64,000 bases of DNA from the NCBI GenBank assembly GCA_965248265.1, contig CBDFJF010000001.1:1-64000 (forward strand), in the 5' to 3' direction. Position numbers and translations under genes: made by a program. Below are positions 34,864 through 45,081 of the stretch, one piece after another (the first letter of the stretch is position 1; every line of letters starts with the position of its first letter). The notes below the pieces were generated by a model, which searched no databases, was not told where the DNA came from, and saw nothing but the letters and a program-made list of their open reading frames with translations. The DNA comes from Candidatus Latescibacterota bacterium. GTDB lineage: Bacteria > Latescibacterota > UBA2968 > UBA8231.

Positions 34864-36543
34864 TCACAGCCCACGCCGGATGGTGATGAAGCGGTTGACG
34901 GTGACAGCAGTAACCGCCTGTTTCGTCCCATCCAACCACTCCACCTCAACTCTATCGACACGCTGAGCGTCGCCGAGGCCGAAATGGGCCCGCACGTCGC
35001 TGTGTGACAGGTAGCTGCCGGCTCCCTCGATGGTCCGGAACTGAGTGCGGCCACCTGCGACTACGCGCAGCCGTGTACCGAGACCCTCGGCGTTCACCTC
35101 TCCAGCGTCGCCGCCATCCAATTCCACGACGAGCCAGTTATTGCCGCCGCCCATATTGTTGCACAGCAGAGAGGGCGTGTCGTTCAAGTTAACGACGAAG
35201 ACATCGACGTCCCCGTCGTCGTCGTAATCGGCGAAGGCAGCTCCCCGACTCACCTTCTCTATGGCCATGCCCGGTCCGGCCGCCTCGGAAATGTCGATGA
35301 ACGCGGCCGAGCCATCTGTGAGGTCGTTGCGAAACAACTGATTGCGTTGGCGATAGCTGGTTCCGGTCGCAGCGTCATCGACTTGCGGAAACACATGACC
35401 GTTGGCGACGAACAGATCGAGATCGCCATCGTTGTCGAAATCGGCGAAGCGGGTTCCCCAACCCAACCGGTTCATGGTCACGGCTTCAATGCCCGCCTCA
35501 ACGGTAAAATCGGCGAAGCGTCCTCCCCCGTTGCGGTACAGCGTATTGCTCTCACGAAAGAAATTGGTGACGTAGAGATCGTCGTCGCCGTCGTTGTCAA
35601 AATCACCGAAATCGACACCCATGCCGGCTTCCTCATCGCCGTCACTGCTGTAGGCGACGCCGGAAACGAGAGCAACATCGTCGAAAGTGCTGTCGCCCTT
35701 GTTCTGAAACAACACGTTGGGGGTCTGATCGTTGGCAACGTAGAGGTCGAGGTCGCCATCACCGTCGTAGTCGGAAGGCATCACGCCAAGTCCGTAGTAG
35801 CTGTTCGCCTGTGCGACACCGGAGGTGACGGTCACGTCGGTGAATCGATTACCTCCCTCGTTGCGATACAGCACATCCGCTCCTCCCACCATGCCCAGTG
35901 GACCACAATAGGTCTTGATCCCACCCAAGTAGTCGCAGTCAGTTCGGGGATTGTCCTGTAGGTCGAAGACGACGTAGCTGGCAGAGTACAAGTCGAGGTC
36001 GCCGTCGTTGTCGTAGTCGAAGAAGGCCGCCGCGGAACTGTAGGCTTCTCCGCCCACACCTGCCGCTGCGGTGATATCGGTGAAATGGCCGTCGCCACGG
36101 TTGTGGTAGAGAACGTTGGCGCGGTAGTTGGTGACGTAGAGATCACGGAAGCCGTCATTGTCAATGTCACCTACCGCGCACGCCGCGCCCCAGCCGGCGT
36201 CGCCGACGCCGGCCTCTTCGGTGACGTCGGTAAAGGTGCTCTCACCCCGGTTGAGGTAGAGGGAATTTCCAGGACCCGAACGACTCTGATAGTGCTCGAA
36301 GTCCGAACCGTTGACGACGTACAGATCCTGATCGCCGTCGTTGTCGTAGTCGAAGAAGGCAGCACCGCTGCCGTGTGCTTCGAGGATGTACTGTTTGTCC
36401 TGTGGGGAACCGGAGATGTTAATCGTCCGGAGTCCGGCGGTGGCACTCTGTTCAGTGAAATGCGGCTGCGCCATCGAGGGAGCCAGGGCGATGACCGTCG
36501 ACAGCATCTGTCCGGCTGTGCGCAACGCGAGCGAGGATCTCAA
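34864..36543 (-). CDS. CRTAC1/ASPIC-UnbV family FG-GAP repeat protein
   Basis: Repeated DYDNDGD.DL motifs; C-terminal HFGLG...VEW.DG. Confidence 0.9.
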   Translation of the reverse strand: MRSSLALRTAGQMLSTVIALAPSMAQPHFTEQSATAGLRTINISGSPQDKQYILEAHGSGAAFFDYDNDGDQDLYVVNGSDFEHYQSRSGPGNSLYLNRGESTFTDVTEEAGVGDAGWGAACAVGDIDNDGFRDLYVTNYRANVLYHNRGDGHFTDITAAAGVGGEAYSSAAAFFDYDNDGDLDLYSASYVVFDLQDNPRTDCDYLGGIKTYCGPLGMVGGADVLYRNEGGNRFTDVTVTSGVAQANSYYGLGVMPSDYDGDGDLDLYVANDQTPNVLFQNKGDSTFDDVALVSGVAYSSDGDEEAGMGVDFGDFDNDGDDDLYVTNFFRESNTLYRNGGGRFADFTVEAGIEAVTMNRLGWGTRFADFDNDGDLDLFVANGHVFPQVDDAATGTSYRQRNQLFRNDLTDGSAAFIDISEAAGPGMAIEKVSRGAAFADYDDDGDVDVFVVNLNDTPSLLCNNMGGGNNWLVVELDGGDAGEVNAEGLGTRLRVVAGGRTQFRTIEGAGSYLSHSDVRAHFGLGDAQRVDRVEVEWLDGTKQAVTAVTVNRFITIRRGL

Positions 36544-37607
36544 CGATCGAGCAGTCCTTCTATCCCCAGATGCTGGTGTTGGACGAACAAAGCCGGAACA
36601 CCGCCGGTATGCAGGAAGGCGATGTTGCCCTCAGGCGCAATCTTGCCCATGCGAACATGCTCAACCAGGGCGGCCATGGCCTTGCTGGAGTAACTCGGAT
36701 CGAGCAGGATCCCCTCTGTGCGCCCGAGCAGTTTGATCGCCTCCCGGCCGGCTTCGGAAGGCACGGAGTACCCGGGCCCCACGTACTCGGTGGTACAGTC
36801 GACATCCTCGAGGCCGACCTCGACATCGAGCCCCAGGATATCGGCACACTGGTTGGCTGTATCGCTTATCAGTTGCGGGAACGAGGACCCAGTTACGGGC
36901 TCCCCGATCGCCGACACCCCTCTCAGGCCAATCGATGAGCGCGTGAACTTCGCCCCTACCAGCAGGCCCGCGAGGGTGGTATCCGAAGAGCACACCCACA
37001 GCTCATCCAGCTTGAGATTCAGGGCTTCCGCTTGCTCCGTCAATTCGATGAATCCGTTTGCGTACCCCGTTGACCATACACCCAGCCTGGACTCATCCCC
37101 TACCCGGGCTACATAGACCCTACGACCTTCTGCTTCGAGTGCACGTGCCCTTTTGCGAATCAACTCCCCCTGCGTCGCCCAGTCATTGACGCGTACGATC
37201 TCCACCTGGGCTCCGACGATCAGATCGAGTAGAAGATTTCCCTGTATCGAATCAAAAGGATCACTCTCCAATTGTCGCAGGATCAGGTGGCACTGTAGAC
37301 CAAGCTTCGCGCACGCCGCCGCCAACTGGCGGCAGTTGTTCGATTGGATCGCCGCCCCGGCAATGACGGTGTCTGCCCCCCGTTCAATCGCTTCGCCGAG
37401 AACGAATTCGAACATACGCGTCTTGTTTCCACCTGTGGCCAGACCGGTCAAATCGTCCCGCTTGATCCAGATCTGGGGGCCACCGAGTTCGTCCGATAGA
37501 CGGCCACAACGCTCCAGTGGCGTCGGCAAATGGGCGAGCGTTACTCGCGGCCGTCGATCTATGGCTGCTTTCAGCTCCTGGATCTTCTGGGCATCGGCGT
37601 TGATCAT
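36540..37607 (-). CDS. D-cysteine desulfhydrase/ACC deaminase family PLP enzyme
   Basis: PTPL, KRDDLTG...GGNKTR, QSN, LDP.YS.KA, HTGG. Confidence 0.88.
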   Translation of the reverse strand: MINADAQKIQELKAAIDRRPRVTLAHLPTPLERCGRLSDELGGPQIWIKRDDLTGLATGGNKTRMFEFVLGEAIERGADTVIAGAAIQSNNCRQLAAACAKLGLQCHLILRQLESDPFDSIQGNLLLDLIVGAQVEIVRVNDWATQGELIRKRARALEAEGRRVYVARVGDESRLGVWSTGYANGFIELTEQAEALNLKLDELWVCSSDTTLAGLLVGAKFTRSSIGLRGVSAIGEPVTGSSFPQLISDTANQCADILGLDVEVGLEDVDCTTEYVGPGYSVPSEAGREAIKLLGRTEGILLDPSYSSKAMAALVEHVRMGKIAPEGNIAFLHTGGVPALFVQHQHLGIEGLLDR

Positions 37608-37857
37608 TTAGCTAATGTGGACCCTGACCCTGTGGCTGTCCACGCAGTGGCCGATTACGCCTCTCCCCGTCGACACCTCAACGATCGGCAAACCTTGCCA
37701 GCGGTGTCAGGGCGATAGCACTAAACGAAGAAAAATCAGCCACTAACAGTACCCTGGAGATATATTATGTGGGCTGTGGGGTCAGTCGTTGATCCGCCGA
37801 GACGAATTCGCTTCTCCATAGGGCCCCTTGGAAACCCTTAGTGAGGAAGTACGTGTG

Positions 37858-40185
37858 ATGAATGGACTCGGGAAACCTCTTGGGCGTGGGGCACGAGGAC
37901 TCAGAAGCCAGCGCCGATCCATTGCCGCTGTCCGCCTCATTCTGGCCTCCGTTGTCATCGCCTGCTCGGCGTCAGCCCAGGAGTTGGATGACCTCCTCGA
38001 GATCTCGCTGTCTGATCTGGTCGAAATGGATGTGTCCGTGGCGTCCGGAATACCAGAAAGCATTCTCGACGCGCCCGCGGCCATCGTCGTTATATCGGAT
38101 GAGGAAATCCAACAGCGTGGGTACACCAACCTGGCCGAGATCGTCGAGGACCTTCCCGGCTTTGACACCGTGCATGCCAACGGAATCCCCTATCTGTATG
38201 CCTATCAGCGGGGGTATCGCCAACCCTCGACGCAGCGCACCCTGCTGATGATCGATGGTCAGGTCGATAACCGCCTGTGGACCCATCAGGCAGTTTTCAC
38301 TCGACGCTTTCCCGTTTCCAGTATCAAGAGAATGGAGGTCCTCTACGGACCGGCCTCTGCCGTACACGGCGCCAACGCCTTCCTCGGTGTCATCAATATC
38401 ATCACCCATGACGGCCAGCAGGTAGAAGACGGTGAGTACGTCAGCAGCGTAAACTTCCAGACCGGAAGCTACGATTCCAAGGGCGTCGATGCTTCGGTAC
38501 GGGGCAAAATATCGGAGGTCTCCTACAGCCTGTCTGGGCGCATGTTCAAGAGCGACGAGCCCGATCTTTCCGGCAAATTCGGTTTCCTCGACCCAGGGCA
38601 ATACAGTGACCGGGCGGTGTGGGGACCGTTGCTGGACCTGCAGAACAACGGTCGCAACTTCGGCACCTACTACGATCCCACCGACGACAGCGGTGTTCTC
38701 GGCAGCCTGAGTTATCGCGGCGCCAAGGTCGGCTTCGTGCGATGGATTCGCAAGGAGGGCTACGGCGCTCAGTACACGGCCGACCACGTGCAGAACAATT
38801 CCCTGTGGAACACATCGGGAACTCTCATCTACACCGAAGCAGACCGCCGTCTCAACGACAGGGTGCGCAGCAGCTCTCTGTTGTCGTTTCGCAAGAACCG
38901 GGCCTGGGGAAGTTGGCCGGAGGCATTGCCGGACGGCCCGGCGGCGGACTCCTCCTACGTCAGCTTCACGCAGTGGAACTCGGTCAGCAACAGCTGGCTA
39001 TTCAAGCAACAACTGGAGGTGGCGGCCGATGACCTGATCCAGGGTTTCGCGGTCAACGGTGGTTTCAAGTTCGAACGCAAGGAACTCACCCAGAACTATG
39101 ACATCCCCGGATACTGGGGAGCCTTCAGCTCTACGGTGCCCGCAAACGAACCCGGTCCGTATGGTTTTGGTGTCGGCATCGGGCACAGCCGCGATGCCAC
39201 CTATACCCCGCCCCCACTCCCCAACCCTGAGATGCCGCCGATCAACCTACTGTACACCGAAGATATCGGCGGATTCGTTCAGGGCATCTGGAACCGCTCG
39301 CCCTTGCGCTTCAACGCCGGGGTCCGGTTCGACCACAATTCCGTGTACGGAAGTTCGGTGAATCCGCGCCTGTCCCTGGTCTACAAACTCTCACAACGCG
39401 GCGCCCTCAAGCTCGTTTATGGAGAAGCCTTCAAGGAGCCGGCCCCCATACAGCTGTGGGGCGGATTCAGCGGGCGCAGGGCCAACCCGGATCTCAAACC
39501 AGAGAAAGCCCGCAACACCGAACTCATCGCCATGTACCAGACCGGCCACATCTTCCACGACGCCTCCCTGTTCTACTCACATTATGAAGATGTGATCAAC
39601 CCGTCGAGCCCTCGTCGCACAGAAGCCCACAATGCCGGGACCAGGGACATCTGGGGGGTGGAATACCGCGGGCGATTCGCCGCGCCTAACCTGCTGACAT
39701 CGGGTCCCCAGATCACCGGTTTCTTCTATTACACCTTCACTGATGTGACCAGTAGTACGCGTTATAACCATGGTAACGACGAGGACGACAGCGTCATCGG
39801 TTGGGAAGACGGCGACACCGAGTTGGGCGACATCGCTCCTCACAAGATCAACACCGGCGTCAACTTGCCTCTCGACCGGCGGTGGAACTTGAACCTGCGA
39901 TCCAATTTCGTCGGCAGACGCAAGCTGTATTCTCAGAACCCGCTGCGAGCGCAGGGTGAGACCATCGATCCCTATATCGTCTTCAATGGGGTATTGAGCT
40001 ATTCGTTTCATCCGTTCCGGGTGACGGCGAAGGTGTTGAATATGCTCGACGCAGACTTTTTCCATCCCGGCGTGGAACAGGCCGACAGCGGCAATACCTT
40101 TGACGAGCGAAGCCTGGGATTTCGCAATTCCCTCATCCCGCAGCCGGGGCGGTCGTACGTTCTCGCCTTCAGTATCGACTATTGA
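37858..40185 (+). CDS. TonB-dependent receptor
   Basis: Plug motifs (APAAI.VI...EI, EVLYGPASA.HGANA..GVINIIT); beta-barrel; C-terminal PGRSY...Y; start approximate. Confidence 0.9.
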   Translation: MNGLGKPLGRGARGLRSQRRSIAAVRLILASVVIACSASAQELDDLLEISLSDLVEMDVSVASGIPESILDAPAAIVVISDEEIQQRGYTNLAEIVEDLPGFDTVHANGIPYLYAYQRGYRQPSTQRTLLMIDGQVDNRLWTHQAVFTRRFPVSSIKRMEVLYGPASAVHGANAFLGVINIITHDGQQVEDGEYVSSVNFQTGSYDSKGVDASVRGKISEVSYSLSGRMFKSDEPDLSGKFGFLDPGQYSDRAVWGPLLDLQNNGRNFGTYYDPTDDSGVLGSLSYRGAKVGFVRWIRKEGYGAQYTADHVQNNSLWNTSGTLIYTEADRRLNDRVRSSSLLSFRKNRAWGSWPEALPDGPAADSSYVSFTQWNSVSNSWLFKQQLEVAADDLIQGFAVNGGFKFERKELTQNYDIPGYWGAFSSTVPANEPGPYGFGVGIGHSRDATYTPPPLPNPEMPPINLLYTEDIGGFVQGIWNRSPLRFNAGVRFDHNSVYGSSVNPRLSLVYKLSQRGALKLVYGEAFKEPAPIQLWGGFSGRRANPDLKPEKARNTELIAMYQTGHIFHDASLFYSHYEDVINPSSPRRTEAHNAGTRDIWGVEYRGRFAAPNLLTSGPQITGFFYYTFTDVTSSTRYNHGNDEDDSVIGWEDGDTELGDIAPHKINTGVNLPLDRRWNLNLRSNFVGRRKLYSQNPLRAQGETIDPYIVFNGVLSYSFHPFRVTAKVLNMLDADFFHPGVEQADSGNTFDERSLGFRNSLIPQPGRSYVLAFSIDY

Positions 40186-40208
40186 ACGCTCACGAGACGG
40201 CCGACGCC

Positions 40209-42266
40209 ATGAAGATTGGACCGGCACACCCCAACCATACCCTGCGGTACGCGTTGTCAGGCGCCCTCTTTGGTTGTTGTTTTCCGATCGGGGCCATGCT
40301 GTTCGATTCACTCGTCATCCGCGGCATGGAATTGAGTTGGGCCGCCGTGTTGTCCGTGCAGTCAGGGCAGCCCTTGCACTGGATAATTGATACTGCTCCA
40401 GTATTCCTGGGCCTGTTCGCCTCACTCGCGGGCCGCCGTCAGGATCGCATCACGCGGATCAATGCTGAGCTCGAGGAGCAGCGCAACCGGGCGCGACTGC
40501 TGGCAAAGTTTCCCGAAGAAAACCCCAATCCCGTGCTCCGCGTCGCGCAGGACTACCGGGTTCTGTATGCCAACCGGCCGGGTACAGACCTGGTCGAGGC
40601 GCTGCAGCCTGAGGGCGAACTGCCGGCAGAGTGGCACTCCGTGGTCACGGAGGCGCTCGCCAGCCAGCAGAACCAGGAGATCGAGTCGGGCAGCGGCGAT
40701 CGAGTCTTCTCCCTTGTGTTTGCCCCCATGCGAGAGTTGGGATACGTCAACGTCTACGGCCTCGACATCAGCGAGCGCAAACGGGCGCAGGTGGAACTCG
40801 AGCATGCCAAAGAGGCGGCGGAGAGTGCCTCGTATGCCAAGAGCCAGTTCCTCGCCCATATGAGTCACGAGTTGCGGACGCCGATGAACGCGATTCTCGG
40901 GTACACGCAGCTGCTTCAAGCCGTCTCTGACCTGGCGCCCAAGCACCTGACAACCGTGCGAACCATCGCTGATAGCGGTGAACACCTGCTCTCGCTTATC
41001 AACGAAATCCTGGACATATCCAAGATTGAGTCCGGAAGGGAGGAACTGAACGCGGCAGCCTTCCGGCTGCACGAGCTACTGCAAGTGGTCGAAGCCCTGT
41101 TCGACGTGCGTTGTCGCGAGCGCGAGATAACCTGGAAGATGAAGGCATCCGGGACGACGAAGAGCGTCTTCGGCGATGCCAAAAAACTGCGGCAAATTCT
41201 GATCAACCTGTTGGGCAATGCGGTGAAATTCACCGATCGTGGTACGGTTTCATTGACGGTGGAAGCACTCGACAACGACCGTTACCACTTCGAAATCACC
41301 GATACCGGTGTCGGGATTCCCGACGATATTCGCAGTGAAGTCTTCCAGCCGTTCCGGCAGGGCGAGGAAGGGGTCAACAAGGGAGGAAGCGGTCTCGGCC
41401 TGGCCATTGCGCGCCGGCATGTGGAAATGATGGGTGGTGATCTCGCCATGTCATCGGAACCTGGCGTTGGAACCCGTTTCTTCTTTTCTCTCCACCTGCC
41501 ACCCGGAGATCTCCAACAGCAGAATCGCCTTCCGGTGTCGTCCGCTACGCCTGACTGGAAGCGGGTGATCGGCATCCGGCAACCAGCATCGGTCCGGACT
41601 CTCGTCGTCGACGATGTGGACACCAACCGCGACGTGCTGGTACGGGTGCTGGAGAGAGTGGGCGTTACCACCGAGGCGGCTGACAGCGGCTCCCAGGCAC
41701 TCGCCATGGCGCATGCCCGTCCTCCGGACATCGTCTTCATGGATATCCGCATGCCGGAGATGGACGGTGTTGAGGCGGCCCGACGCCTCACGTCAGAGCA
41801 TGGCGAAGCGCTGAAGATCGTGGCCGTAACGGCTTCCGTACTCGAACAGGACCGCCGGAACTACCCGAGCGTCGGATTCGTCGGCTTGATCGACAAACCG
41901 CTTCGAGTTGAGCAGGTGTACCAAGTTCTGATCGAACACCTTGGAGTGCAATTCGATTTCGCCGTCGAGGATGACGGCATGCAATTGCCTGTCAGCGACT
42001 GGCGTGACATCGACCTTCCGGAAGAATTTTACGCGAAACTGCTGGTGGCGGTCGAGTCACACAGTGTTAGCGACCTGAGCCGCTTGGTCGATGAACTGGA
42101 GAACATGGGCAGCGAACCCGGTGGTGATGCCCTGGTCAGCCATCTACGAAAGTTCACCGATCGTTACGATATGGCCGGAGTGCGCGAAGCCTTGCTGGAG
42201 ATCGCGCCCGGACGCCAACTCGACCAGGATCGGACCAACCAAAGACGGGCGTCATCACAACCATGA
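40209..42266 (+). CDS. Membrane hybrid histidine kinase (TM-PAS-HisKA-HATPase-REC)
   Basis: ENPNPV PAS, MSHELRTP, NAVKFT, GSGLGL, DIVFMD; start approximate. Confidence 0.9.
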   Translation: MKIGPAHPNHTLRYALSGALFGCCFPIGAMLFDSLVIRGMELSWAAVLSVQSGQPLHWIIDTAPVFLGLFASLAGRRQDRITRINAELEEQRNRARLLAKFPEENPNPVLRVAQDYRVLYANRPGTDLVEALQPEGELPAEWHSVVTEALASQQNQEIESGSGDRVFSLVFAPMRELGYVNVYGLDISERKRAQVELEHAKEAAESASYAKSQFLAHMSHELRTPMNAILGYTQLLQAVSDLAPKHLTTVRTIADSGEHLLSLINEILDISKIESGREELNAAAFRLHELLQVVEALFDVRCREREITWKMKASGTTKSVFGDAKKLRQILINLLGNAVKFTDRGTVSLTVEALDNDRYHFEITDTGVGIPDDIRSEVFQPFRQGEEGVNKGGSGLGLAIARRHVEMMGGDLAMSSEPGVGTRFFFSLHLPPGDLQQQNRLPVSSATPDWKRVIGIRQPASVRTLVVDDVDTNRDVLVRVLERVGVTTEAADSGSQALAMAHARPPDIVFMDIRMPEMDGVEAARRLTSEHGEALKIVAVTASVLEQDRRNYPSVGFVGLIDKPLRVEQVYQVLIEHLGVQFDFAVEDDGMQLPVSDWRDIDLPEEFYAKLLVAVESHSVSDLSRLVDELENMGSEPGGDALVSHLRKFTDRYDMAGVREALLEIAPGRQLDQDRTNQRRASSQP

Positions 42267-42838
42267 GTAAGTCAACGCTCAATCGAGCGGCGTGTGCGCT
42301 CACCCTTTGCGGATGCCTGTTTGCCTTCCATCCAGCGCAAGGGCTTGAGTCCGATGATCGCTTGAACCGGTTCAAGGCCGTGTTCCTCTACAACTTTATC
42401 GACTACGTGCACTGGCCCCCCGAACGCACCAAGGGTGCGTTCAAGCTTGGAATCCTTGGCACCAGCCCGGTCGAATTTTCCCTGCGCGAGATCTCACAGA
42501 AGAAAAGCGCCCGGGGAAGACCCCTTCAGATTGAAGTGTTCTCCTCGGTCAAGGAAGTGCGCCCCTGCCACCTGCTTTTCGTGACTCCCGAGTTCTCATC
42601 ACAGGTAAGAAACCTGGGGCAGCATCTTGGCAAACAGGGCATACTGGTGGTTACGGACGCTCCGGGGATGGCGGCTCAGGGTGCCTGCATCAATTTCGTG
42701 CTCAAGAAGGGGAAGTTGAAATTCGAGGTCAATCGGGAGAGTCTTGAATGGGCCGGCCTCAAGGCCAGCGCCCAGCTGCTCAAGCTAGCCATTCTGGTGC
42801 CCTCGACGACGGCCGGCGACGCCAGTGGAATCCATTGA
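42263..42838 (+). CDS. yfiR: YfiR-like (DUF4154) periplasmic protein
   Basis: Signal peptide; KA.FLYNF..YV.WP, CHLLFV, INF......FEVN.......L..S..LL.LA. Confidence 0.85.
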   Translation: MSKSTLNRAACALTLCGCLFAFHPAQGLESDDRLNRFKAVFLYNFIDYVHWPPERTKGAFKLGILGTSPVEFSLREISQKKSARGRPLQIEVFSSVKEVRPCHLLFVTPEFSSQVRNLGQHLGKQGILVVTDAPGMAAQGACINFVLKKGKLKFEVNRESLEWAGLKASAQLLKLAILVPSTTAGDASGIH

Positions 42839-42840
42839 CG

Positions 42841-45081
42841 ATGACGATTCGAAACAAACTCGTCCTCATCCAGCTGATCACCGCCTTTACGGTTCTGGTG
42901 TCGGCCAGCGGCATTCTCTTCATCAACAGGTTGAGTCAGTTCCGGACGGACCTCGTCAACAGCTTGTCGTCAACGGCTATGCTCATCGGCGGCAACAGCG
43001 TCTCCACACTCGTATTCCTGGACGACCTTGCTGCGCAGCGAGTCCTCACTTCGCTGCAAGTCAAACCGGAAATCGTCAATGCTGGAATTTACGACGACAC
43101 GGGCGCCCTGTTTGCGACCTACAGTCGAGAGGGTACGGCAACATTCACCTTCCCCGCGGCCTCCGACTCGCTACAATCGCACGCATTCGTCGATAACCAC
43201 CTCCTGCTCTTCCAGCCAGTGACCAGGAATGGCGAAAACATCGGCCTCGTATTTCTACGCGCGGATCTGAGTCAACTGGATGACCTGATCGACCACTACG
43301 TCACCAGTGCGATCGAATCGGTCATCCTCGGCATGGTGTTGTCCGCCTTGCTGGCCCTCCTGCTTCAACGAACGATTTCACAGCCGATCCTGGATCTTGT
43401 TGCCACCACCCGGGATGTCTCCAAGACCGGTGACTACAGCCGCCGGGCGGCCGCGGTCGCCGATGACGAACTCGGCACCCTCTCCGCCACCTTCAACGAG
43501 ATGCTGGAACAGATTGAGGGACGCGACGCCTCTCTCAAGGAGGCTCGCGACACCTTGGAGCTTCGCGTCACGGAGCGGACGGGAGAACTATTGCAGGCCA
43601 AGGAGCAACTCGAACAGGCGCTGCAATCCGAGCACAACGCACGGGAGGCTGCAGAGGAAGCGCGCACTTCAGCGGAAGCGGCCAACCGGACGAAATCGAT
43701 TTTCCTGGCCAACATGAGCCACGAGATCCGCACACCGATGAACGCCATTCTCGGTTACACGCAGATTCTCCAGGGAAGCACGGACCTAACCGCTGAGCAC
43801 CGGCGGGCGATCGATTCAATCGCTGACGGGGGCGAGCACCTGCGGCGATTGATCAACGACGTCCTCGACATTTCCAAGATCGAAGCCGGAAGAGAAGAGT
43901 TTCGCCCCAGCGAATTCGACTTGCGCCGCATGATGGAGAGCCTGTCCGCGATGTTCGAATCTCATTGTGGCGAAAAGGGCCTGGCGTGGAAATTGGAACA
44001 TGGCATCCGGGTCGACCGCGTATACGGCGATGAGAGCAAGCTCCGCCAGGTTCTGATCAACCTACTGGGCAATGCAGTAAAATTCACCGACCATGGGGAA
44101 GTAACCTTGACGGTGGTCACGGAGGACGATAGCCATTACCGTTTCTGCGTCGCTGACACGGGCCCGGGAATTCCCCGAGAGCGCTGGACCGAAATCTTTG
44201 AGCCATTCCAGCAGGATGAAGAAGGCCTGCGCCACGGCGGCACCGGCCTGGGTCTGGCCATCGCGCGACGCCAGGTAGAAATAATGGGAGGCCAGCTGCT
44301 ACTGGAGGACTCCAGTTCAGCAGGCACTCGCTTTTCGTTCACTGCAACCCTGACAGGGATTGGCCAGCTGTCCGCAGATGAACCCTCTACCACCCCCCTT
44401 GCAGCCGACGACGAACCTCTCTGGGGGCAAGTGCGCGGGCTGGAAGACGGAATCGAGGTGCACGCACTCATCGTCGACGACGTACCCACCAATCGGGACA
44501 TCCTGCAGCAGATGCTGACCCGAATCGGAGTAGAGGCCGAAGCCGTTGAAAGCGGCGAGCAGGCCCTCGAATCGGTGCGGATTCGAATGCCGGACATCGT
44601 CTTCATGGATATCCGCATGCCGGGCGGAATGACCGGTGTGGAGGCCATGCAGCAGTTGGTCGCGGAGCACGGGACCCATGCCATGAAAATCGTTGCCGTG
44701 ACCGCCTCGGTTTTCGAACATCAGCGTCAGAGCTTCATGGAGGCCGGCTTCGACGATTTTATCGACAAGCCATTGCGTGTCGAGCAGCTCCATGCTTGTC
44801 TCTCCGCGCAACTGGGTGTGACGTATCGCTTCACGCAGCCAACCTCGGAGGAGACGCTCGAGCACTCCGATTGGCGCGGTTTCCGACTGCCCCCATCACT
44901 TCACGCGGGATTGAGCAAGGCAGCCGACGCCCATAGCATTACCGACCTCAACCGAGAGTTGGACACGCTGGAGCAAACGGGCGATGAGGGCACCCAGTTG
45001 GCTGCTCATTTGCGCGACCGCTGCCGGCTGTTCGACATCGCATCCGTGCAACTCATTCTGCGGGAGATTGAGGTCGAATGA
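42841..45081 (+). CDS. Hybrid histidine kinase with CHASE8-like periplasmic domain and HAMP
   Basis: TM, L.F.D...A...L, TM, HAMP (DELG.L...FN.ML), [11 protein letters not shown]. Confidence 0.9.
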   Translation: MTIRNKLVLIQLITAFTVLVSASGILFINRLSQFRTDLVNSLSSTAMLIGGNSVSTLVFLDDLAAQRVLTSLQVKPEIVNAGIYDDTGALFATYSREGTATFTFPAASDSLQSHAFVDNHLLLFQPVTRNGENIGLVFLRADLSQLDDLIDHYVTSAIESVILGMVLSALLALLLQRTISQPILDLVATTRDVSKTGDYSRRAAAVADDELGTLSATFNEMLEQIEGRDASLKEARDTLELRVTERTGELLQAKEQLEQALQSEHNAREAAEEARTSAEAANRTKSIFLANMSHEIRTPMNAILGYTQILQGSTDLTAEHRRAIDSIADGGEHLRRLINDVLDISKIEAGREEFRPSEFDLRRMMESLSAMFESHCGEKGLAWKLEHGIRVDRVYGDESKLRQVLINLLGNAVKFTDHGEVTLTVVTEDDSHYRFCVADTGPGIPRERWTEIFEPFQQDEEGLRHGGTGLGLAIARRQVEIMGGQLLLEDSSSAGTRFSFTATLTGIGQLSADEPSTTPLAADDEPLWGQVRGLEDGIEVHALIVDDVPTNRDILQQMLTRIGVEAEAVESGEQALESVRIRMPDIVFMDIRMPGGMTGVEAMQQLVAEHGTHAMKIVAVTASVFEHQRQSFMEAGFDDFIDKPLRVEQLHACLSAQLGVTYRFTQPTSEETLEHSDWRGFRLPPSLHAGLSKAADAHSITDLNRELDTLEQTGDEGTQLAAHLRDRCRLFDIASVQLILREIEVE